In this document: in pieces, positions 52,767 through 64,000 of the stretch
How positions within the stretch are numbered: the first letter of the stretch is position 1
Layout: each line of letters opens with the position of its first letter
DNA from: Eledone cirrhosa
Lineage: Eukaryota
Length of the DNA stretch: 64,000 nt
Direction of reading: 5' to 3'
NCBI GenBank assembly: GCA_964016885.1
Contig: OZ024741.1
Location: forward strand, 285,944,001-286,008,000
Program-made: the position numbers and the translations under genes
Notes under the pieces: generated by a model
What the model was told of the DNA's origin: nothing
Seen by the model: the letters and a program-made list of their open reading frames with translations, nothing else
The model's database searches: none

Positions 52767-53229
52767 ATACTTGGGGAGGGTCATATTTGTGTAATATTGC
52801 CAGAATTAATAACAGAACACACTCACTGTTTGGTTGGTTTTCGCTTTTCGCTTCTGTGTATTTATATCGGTAATCTAATATACTCGGTCCTCAATGTTGC
52901 CATTGACTGACCGACGCTCAAACATAATACAGATACAATATAGACACACACACATATATATAGTTTATCATAAATCTTTCGTTGCACATCTGCAACATCG
53001 TCAGTGGTGCTATTGTTTCCTCCTGTTGAACTGTATGGCTACGCCATTTTTATTCAGTCTGTCTATATGTTTATTTATTTATTTGCTTGTTTGTTTATTT
53101 TATTTTGTCTTCTTTGCGTTTGCGTGTGTGTATAGTGTTTTGTTTGATGTGTGATGTGTGTTCGTGATTGGGTGACTAATGTGTGTTTATGTGTTTGTTG
53201 TTATTGTGTTTGTGTATGTATTTATTTAT

Positions 53230-53540
53230 GACCATCGTTTTGCACCTAGAAAGTTTCCCTCCGAGGCACAAGCCTTCCCAGTTATATTTTTGTGTAAGAC
53301 CAGCAGTCGCCCATGCATACCAGCCCCCACCCCCTCTCCCGGCCACTGATGTTGTCCAAGGGAAAGGTAATGGCTGATACATCTTGGCACCAGTGACGTC
53401 TCAACTCATTTCTACAGCTGAGTAAACTGGAGCAACGTGAAATAAAGTGTCTTGCTCAAGTACACATCGCATCACCCGGTCCGAGAATCAAACTCACAAC
53501 CTCTCAATTGCAAGCCCAATGCCCAATAACTACTAAGCCA
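53230..53540 (-). mobile_element. SINE family B copy
   Basis: Homologous to 11375-11680. Confidence 0.85.
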
Positions 53541-55599
53541 TATATATATATATAGGCATACATATATATGTGTATATATATGTATATATCATAATTGAAT
53601 ATTTATATATAATGCTTAACATATTATATATGTAGACACATATATACATACAATTCTAGTGTATATTTTTTTATCGATGTGCGTGTTTCTATGTATGTGG
53701 CTATCCATGTATGTTATTATAAATGTATTGAAATGATATTTAAATGGAATATATAAAACAAATCAGAATATAGATATACGTATATGAAATAGATATACAT
53801 ATATAAAAAATATATATTTGTATACAGTTAAACTTCATGATATACTCTGTGAATATTCCAAATTATTCTTAAAGGAACATAATCATGGAAATAAAATACA
53901 CAGAAATAAAAAAACGAAAAATATACATTTTGCATTATTTGCATTGTTTAAGATGTAAATAATTTTATAGAAGAACGTGCCGCAAAATTATTCAAATTTA
54001 TTTTAAAACTTCCATTTTTTATACTTTCATAAATTCCCTACACATTTCGCTATAATGCAATGCTACCCTGTACTCCCTCATAACCTTAATAATACGTAGC
54101 CATTGTTAATAAATTTTGAAGATATCAAATGTAATCCAATTTGTATATCATCGTAGTGTATGTGAACATGGTGACGTGTTATTCTACATCGTGGGTCTAC
54201 TAAATATATCGACCATTTCGTCACATTCTCACGGTCCCCTCCTTCTAGTGCTGCTAAGCTGCGTCGATGAACCCAGGGAATGTCTTAACCATGTGGCTAT
54301 CACCAGAATCGTGATGCTGATATAACCATCCTTTACTGATTATGATATTACTCTTTGCTGAAGGTTTACGAATTGCTTTGAATGATGATCCTTCATTCAA
54401 ATGTCTCTGCCTTATACGGAATAAAGCTTTATATAATGAAGCCAGTTGTCTGACTAACAAAAAAGCCTGCTTATGAAATTAACATGGGAGAGGCTGAACA
54501 TTCAATAGATACGTGTAACCTTAACGCAGTTGTCAGGGAGATTCAGCATGGCAGATATGTAACAAGGCTAGCCCTTTGAATAATAAATCAATTTTAGCAA
54601 CTGAGTTGACTGAAACGACACAAAATAAAGTGTCTGTTCGGGGACACTACGGGCCACCCAGTCCGAGGATTGAACTCGATAATGCATCCTAACCAAGCGT
54701 GTTCGCTCTGAATAATATATTACTTCTAAATACCCCACATAACCCCGCAACAAAAAAGGAAGATGAGAATTTTTCTATTTCTAAGATGGCAACAGAAGAG
54801 GAAGAAATACATAATGCATGTGATAATCCTAAAATATTATTAATGCCAGGATGAACTCACTCCTTAATATGAATCAGAAACTAAAAGTACAAGTATATTT
54901 CTAAATCTAAATATTATTTGGCTATTGTTGGTAATGTAACCTATATATGTAATAGAATAATTTTAGTGATTAGTAAAATTCTGTTTCCATCCTTCCGTAG
55001 CAAATATCTCAACACTATAAACGATTTTTCTCGTTTAAAAACAGTTATATATTAATCAACGCATCAAGTTTGGTCAAGAAATGTTTGCAGTATCTTCTAT
55101 TTCATGTTGTTTCTTTCCTTTCAACTGCATTTCATATGAAACCTTTTAAATTTAATTTTGACAGTAATTAACTAATAATACAATAGCCATGAACTGCACC
55201 GGTGTCATATGAGGTTAACGAAACGTTCGTATACAGATTATAGAAAAAGTACAATTCTGAATAATTAGGAATAAATGATTTGAAAATTCAATTCAGGCTA
55301 TACAATAATATTGATACGAATAAAGGAAGGAATTGTATCCCTTTTCATATATACACTATGCATGCATAGTCCCATAACTCCCGAGGAACGGTGTGGCCAC
55401 CGTATTGATATACGGCGTTTCTAGATTATTTTTAAACCTCGTGGTGCCCATCCCTCTCCAGGTCTGAATACATCAGATTTCTGTCAGAGAAGGATATAGA
55501 AAGTAAAAGAATGGAAATGAGAAAGAGTTATAGAGAAGGAATTGACCACCACCACCACCACAAAAAAAAATAATAAATTTATACATATATAAAAATAGA

Positions 55600-55730
55600 C
55601 CGTTACTTTCTTATCGACCTTAAATGGGTGAAAGACAAAGTTGACCTCGGCGGGATTTGAACCAAAATAGCAGAAAGCCGAAATGAATGTAGCAAAGTAT
55701 TCTATTCTAACTTCTAACGACTCTGCCAAT
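55600..55730 (-). mobile_element. Diverged SINE family A copy
   Basis: gaaagacaaagttgacctcggcgggatttgaacc. Confidence 0.65.
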
Positions 55731-56532
55731 ACCAGAGATAACACATTTTGTGAGAAGGGCAAAGTTACTTAAATCAAATCCAATACTTGACTGGTACTTA
55801 TTTTTTCGAGCCAGATATAAACATTTTCCCGTTGGTTGATAAAATACATACCAGTCAACAAATGAAATAGAGATCTACACCAACCTTTTGAAGAACAGAT
55901 TTTGTTATCGGTTCATAAATATGCCGAATTTTTAATATTAAGGAAGAGGCTGTGCCTTTTCTATTTTATACTGAATGATAACGTTTTTCTTTGAATTTTT
56001 TCGATATTCTTACCCGTTGTTATAACTCATATAATCAAACTTTTGTATTCATATGAGAATATACGTTTGTTAAACTTGGGTTTAGATCTTTTTATTTCAT
56101 TCTTAGAATCTATAGTATTTTACACGCTATACGATATTAACTTTTCCTTGTGTTGTATTTACATAACATATGATTCTAAGTCATATAATATTTCTAAACA
56201 TTCTTTCTGAGATAGTATATAAAAGTATCTGCGTGAAAGATACTATGAGTTATTTTTTAGATCATATTTGGGTAAAGAATATAATGTCCACACATCTATA
56301 TCGTTTTTTTTTTTCATGTTCATATTTTGTTAAGAAATATGAGACGAATACAGAAATACATACATGCACAAACATACATAGAAACACACATACATATATA
56401 CATTTGGGGGCATACATGTATATGTAGGTTGGCCATGTTACATTTTTCATAAGATATTAATAAAACATACTTATTTTGGTGTTCATTTATATATATATTA
56501 TATGTATATGTGTATATTTATGTATTTATGTG

Positions 56533-57620
<1,088 letters not shown>

Positions 57621-57782
57621 AATATTTTGATTGTGTTTCCGCATACATATATCCCATGAGCTTCATTTTGAAAATATATAGTGATTAACAGAGTTATATA
57701 ACCCATGTATACACGCACACATGTACATATATATATATATTTATACATACATATAGATAAATACATAAAATACATATACATC

Positions 57783-57831
<49 letters not shown>

Positions 57832-57849
57832 TGCACCTATATATCTATA

Positions 57850-58460
57850 CATGGTAACTGCCAACTCGTTTTCGAGTACGGCCACTACTTTATATCCATG
57901 TAGGAGAACCCCTTCCGATGCGCTGAACGAGTGTGACTTTTTAGTCCAGTCAGCGACTTGAAAACTCTGGTACAAACAATACACTTGTGACAATTATTGA
58001 CACATAGTGCTGGGCCCATGGTACCATGTAACGACAAGTGCAGAGAGATCTCCAGATATAAAGCAATGCCTGTGCCGTGAAGCTTTTATAGTGAGCAAAG
58101 GCACTGCACAAAGCCAGTCCCACTCTCTTAACGAAGATGATATTTACCAAAAAGAAGAACAAGTCAACATCATTGGATACCATCAGGGTTGCAGGTGTTA
58201 TATCAGAGTTTTCCTTCTCCTAGAATTCTGCCTTGACAAAGGCTAAGGGGTCATCTCTCCCGGTGAATTTGGATGGCCATTGACTCTTAAGAGCTCTTTT
58301 GCCCTTTGACAGGTTTTGTTTTTAGTCCTGCAGGATGTCCAAAGTCACCCTCCTCACCAAGAAACCTTGGTGGGGTTGCCAGTTTAGTCGCCACCGACCC
58401 GACCATGAGACGGGTTGTACTGGGATACATGTTACCAGTAGCACCAACTGGTGACCTGAC
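57850..58460 (-). mobile_element. Internally deleted RTE-like non-LTR element
   Basis: Minus strand has the 5' UTR-type motif ctaggagaaggaaaactctga and a terminal C2H2 finger CIVCTRVFKSLTGLKSHTRSAH (57918-57983), with no RT in between. Confidence 0.55.
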
Positions 58461-58574
58461 ATATGTATACATACATACATGCATGCATACATACATACAT
58501 ACATACATACATACATACATACATACATACATACATACATACATACATACATACATACATACATACATACATAC

Positions 58575-58774
58575 CAATGTATAACTGAACTTGGATTTGC
58601 GGACAAAGAGCGCAGCTCCCTAATTCATAGTCTACAAATGGCTGCGATAGCTGGCACCTTCCAAATTTGCAAAACATTCTTGCGATTCAAGGGATAACAA
58701 TTTCTTTTCTTTTACAGCCTTGCCACCAAGAAGGTGGCCGGTCAAAAATATACTCGAAATTAAGAGAAAGAGAG
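58575..58774 (+). mobile_element. Extreme 3' fragment of a second R4/Dong-like family in (CATA)n
   Basis: QCITELGFADKERSSLIHSLQMAAIAGTFQICKTFLRF aligns with the end of the 37083-38534 ORF (GFTGTERTQLFRKLQVQSINGTVKICKTFQKF). Confidence 0.8.
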
Positions 58775-59180
58775 CATACATACATACATACATACATACA
58801 TACATACATACATAGATACATACATACATACATACATACATACATACATACATACAGACAGACAGACATACAGACATACATACATACATACATACATACA
58901 TACATAGATACATAGATACATACATAGATAGATAGATAGATAGATAGATACATACATAGATAGATACATACATAGATACGAACATATGTGTGCATATATA
59001 TTATAATCTTCACCGTTGCTTCAATATAGGTGACTATGTTTAGTTTCTCGATCTGTGGTATTTATATTCCCTTAAACCGTTTCGAAACAGCTGCCATATA
59101 TTGTTTATTTTCCATCCTACTTAGCAATTGTTAAATTGTTACAACAGCACGCACAGAATTATACACATATATACACGAAT

Positions 59181-59300
59181 ATACAAGGGTGGGAGGAAAA
59201 GTTGGAAGACTGACTATGAAGGAAGGATGCTAGAGCTCTGAAATCTTGTATGCATTGATTTCAACTCATCTTCTTAACAACTGCATTGATTCTTTCCAGG
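59181..59300 (+). mobile_element. Possible mariner-type terminal fragment
   Basis: TA-caagggtgggaggaaaagtt resembles mariner TIRs. No partner TIR seen. Confidence 0.3.
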
Positions 59301-59381
59301 GACGATGTTGAAAAACCCTCCCACCCACTTGGTCTTTCAATGAGAGTATCTGGCTCAGCCTATGATCTTTTCAACCCACCT

Positions 59382-59534
<153 letters not shown>

Positions 59535-59544
59535 GTGTTCAAGC

Positions 59545-59725
59545 AGGGTTAATCATAGTGAGTAAGGTACTCAATTTATTGTAGAGTATATACAATATTT
59601 AATTAGAAATTGCATCTACAGAACTAGAACTGTTTCCTTCAAAGGAAATCATCAAGAACAGTTGGCTTTCTTGGTAATTTCCTTCGAATGAAACAGTTCT
59701 AGCAATTTCTATATTAAATATTATA
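59545..59725 (-). mobile_element. Hammerhead element (59612-59660, C3U) with short 5' inversion
   Basis: Minus strand: ttc TTGATGA tttc cttt gaag GAAA cag ttctagtt ctg TA gatgc. Same family as 22800-22940. Confidence 0.6.
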
Positions 59726-59899
59726 TATATATATATATATATACATCAGAAATTCCGTTACAGTTTGGGATAATCATACTAACATATTTAGAGTCAACAG
59801 AAAGTCAGTGTAGTAAAGGCTAAAGCGCAAGTATATTGAAACAAATTATTGGAGGTACCCCAGAGGAAAACAGAATCAAATGGTCAAAAGAAAACTTTC

Positions 59900-60210
59900 A
59901 TAACCTTTCAACAACAGCAGCTGCAACAACATCTAGATCATCTTCCGGTAGCTTATGCTTGCAAGGTGAGATTATCAGAATACGTTACTCCAAATTTTCT
60001 TCGGATCAATCCGATTTCGGCGGCATCTATTAGGAATCGCATTTTTTCGGTCATTACTGAAGATGCATGGTCATAAGTAAAGGTTGGCACGAAAATAAAA
60101 TTGGAGATAGCAGTATGGCTTTTACAACCACCTCCCTTCTCCTAATGACCGAATCCTGATACTGAGTTACTGTAATTTTTTCACATAATTCAGCCTTCTG
60201 CTTTCCATCA
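59900..60210 (+). pseudogene. Possible highly decayed Ty3/gypsy RT remnant
   Basis: QHLDHL...RLSEY...LRINP...ITED and a later AFTTTSLL..PNPDTEL loosely follow the gypsy RT C-terminal pattern. Confidence 0.3.
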
Positions 60211-60354
60211 CTCATGAACACGGCTCGGAGTTATTTGAATTTCTCCACCTGCTTCACTTGAGCTCCACTACCATGTAGTGTATATTGAGCAGGACAAATG
60301 TCTTCACAGAAACATTTAAGCATGTCTTTCGACAAAAATAGATATAAAAACTTG

Positions 60355-61560
<1,206 letters not shown>

Positions 61561-61928
61561 TAATGCAGTTAAATAGAAAATTAACTCACTTTACAAGTCT
61601 AGTATTTATAAAGATCATTAAAAGTAAGAATCTCAGACAAGTTCGTTTCACCAATATGGTTTCTTTCAGATTAGAAGATTATTGCCTGTTGTTGTCTCTT
61701 TATGTGCGAATTTCTTTTGATGTATTGTTATTTTATCTCTTAGAGATAATCATTGTTTGTGCTGTTTGGCCTTTGTCTTTGATCGATTCTGAATTTTATA
61801 TTATTATTTTGATTCCATTTATTACAGTAAAATTATGAAGATTGTGATTATATTTTATATTTTGATATATTTTCATTGTTACTTGTTTCATTGTTATCGT
61901 GTATTTTATTCGGTTTTATTGGGTGGTA

Positions 61929-64000
61929 ACTGTAGGTTACTACTGGTATGGCAAGCGCATTTATGGCATCGATCCTGTTCCTTGCATTCAATTCCGTTCT
62001 TAAGATTGCTCTTACTCTGCGGTAACATTCCTTCCTTATCCTTTCCCTCATTGTCGAGTGCTTGATTCCGTCTCCTTCACAAACACGCAGATATTTGTAA
62101 CTTTCCTCTTGATCAAGTTCTCTTATCACATTCCTCCGATCAAGATTAATGTCTGAACTTTTTAGCAGCTTTCCTCTGGTGAACATAGCTTTGGCGCATT
62201 TATCTAGTCCAAATTCCATTTTAATGTCATCACTGAACTGCTTCACAGTGGATTTTTTTGCAAATAGTTTCATCTCATCCATGTAGAACAAGTGATTAAT
62301 GGTTTTGTCATAGAGTTTATATCCATGTTTTGTTTCATTGAGCATTTTACGTAATGGTATAAGTGCGATGCAGAATAAAAGCTGTGATAAAGAGTCACCC
62401 TGAAAAATTCCACAATTAATATTAACTTCTCCAGCTTCCAGTGATTTCTTTTCACTATACAAAAGGAGTGTCGTTTTCCATTCTTCATACTGAATGACAG
62501 GAACCTCCTGAAAATGGGAGATATTTTGAAAATCTCTAAACATTTTTCAATCCAACTGTATGACAAACTATCGAATGTTTTTTTATAATCTATCCAAGCA
62601 ATTGATAGATCTTTGTGTCGTAATTTTGGGGATTGTTTGTCTCATCATTCTTCGGAAGTAGGATGTAATGCCGTTAACTAGCCATGATGGTATCTTTTCT
62701 GGCTCCTTAACTATTTCATTGTAAAGTTGGGCTAACAGCTCATGAGTTTCTGTGAAGGCATTTATCCAAATATTTGGTATTTTGTCTTTTCCTGGGAATT
62801 TCCATTTGATGGTTTTTCTAAGAGTCAAACGTAACTGTTCAACTATTATATTTTCCCATGTTTGTTCCTTAAGGTGAGCTGTATCTTTCATTTGTCTGTC
62901 TATCTATGGGGCATGTATATTATGAACTTTCTCTTCGCCCCAGATCTTTTCCTAGAATTTGGGTGGTATTGATTTAGCAGTTATTGTTGACTTGCCAATT
63001 TTTCTGTAGAAGTTTCTTTGGTTGTTTTTGAACATATTATTGTCCTTATAGAATCTAGATCGTTTTTCAAAGCGCCTTATACGAGCAGCTTTGGCAGACA
63101 CTTTTTGCTTGATTGATTCTATCAGCATGCTTATGTCACTTGTTGATTTTATACTGTATTTTCTTTTCAATGTTCTAAGTTTAGTTTGTTTAACATGTTC
63201 ACCTACTTTGTAGTTTGTTAAAATGTCTATGTCAGATCGGAGAAGGTTTATTTGGCGATTGATGTTCTCTTGCCAAGTAGGTTTCTTGTGGGAATTCCTT
63301 TGTTTCTTTTCATTTTCACTCCACATAAGTGAGTGGTGACTTTAGCCGATGCATAATAGAGATGATTTAAATCAGTAATGTTTAGTTTGTTTGTGATGAT
63401 AATGTTTTTGAGAATTATGTTAGTCTTTTGTATTATCTGTTGGTTCTGTTTGGAGTTCTGGATCTTAGGGAGACTGTCTCGTTCCCCCATATCAGATTCT
63501 TTCATTTTCATCCATTCTTCAAGTTGGCGAGTTCATTCTCATTCATTTCTTTATCATTTACGATTTCATTGTTTTCATTTTGAGTTTCATCTTGAGCATG
63601 CACTCCTTCCACTTTTAGATCCTTTCTTTAATTTGTTCTGCTGTCAGTCATTCCGTCCCAACCCTGGGATTCGAAGTGTTACAATTTAACTTGTTTTCAC
63701 TGACACATGTTTCATTTTCCCTTCGCTGACTTTGTGCTAATTACTTGATCTGATCAATTTCTATATCAGTTAGTAACTTTTTCTTAACAATATGTCTTCG
63801 TATATTGGCTAGTTTGTTACTGTCAATATAGCCTCTGTTTTCGGGATGTTTTTTTTCCAGTTGATATATGTCTGTTTTGTATTCGATCTATTTGATAGGT
63901 AGTACATGGCAGTGTAGAAAGCCTCAAGGACTTCTTTATTGTCTTCCCTTGATCATTTTTCTCTCTTTTCCTTTGGATTTCTTGTTGGTAAGCATGGAGG
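61929..64000 (-). mobile_element. Decayed R4/Dong-like non-LTR retrotransposon (N-terminal region plus RT), 3'-truncated
   Basis: Fragmented ORFs: IKQKVSAKAARIRRF..NNMFKNNQRNFY, WKFPGKDKI, GIFQGDSLS, NHLFYMDEMKLFAK, MEFGLDKC, YKYL, AINALAIPVVTYS. Confidence 0.88.

Overview
AT-rich, microsatellite-saturated animal DNA. The SINE families suggest an octopod cephalopod (inference). No host gene could be confidently identified. Coding content is all transposon-derived: a near-complete Penelope-like retroelement (PLE; RT plus C-terminal GIY-YIG, 24298-30110) with hammerhead-bearing direct terminal repeats, the 3' end of a related PLE at 1-1610, three R4/Dong-type RLE retrotransposon remnants, an internally deleted RTE, Helitrons, Tc1/mariner and pogo MITEs, and many tRNA-derived SINEs. 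The main signal is about 29 type I hammerhead ribozyme motifs (intact, variant or decayed), found by eye, in more than a dozen short non-coding elements embedded in (TA)n tracts. Many have palindromic stem III, a downstream AATAAA and fold-back 5' ends. One element is a 1.55-mer of a 1000-bp unit with two hammerheads exactly one unit apart (retrozyme/circRNA-like). Two families share an octamer+TATA module upstream of the ribozyme, and several carry non-canonical cores. All folds are hand-derived and untested, and element boundaries are approximate.
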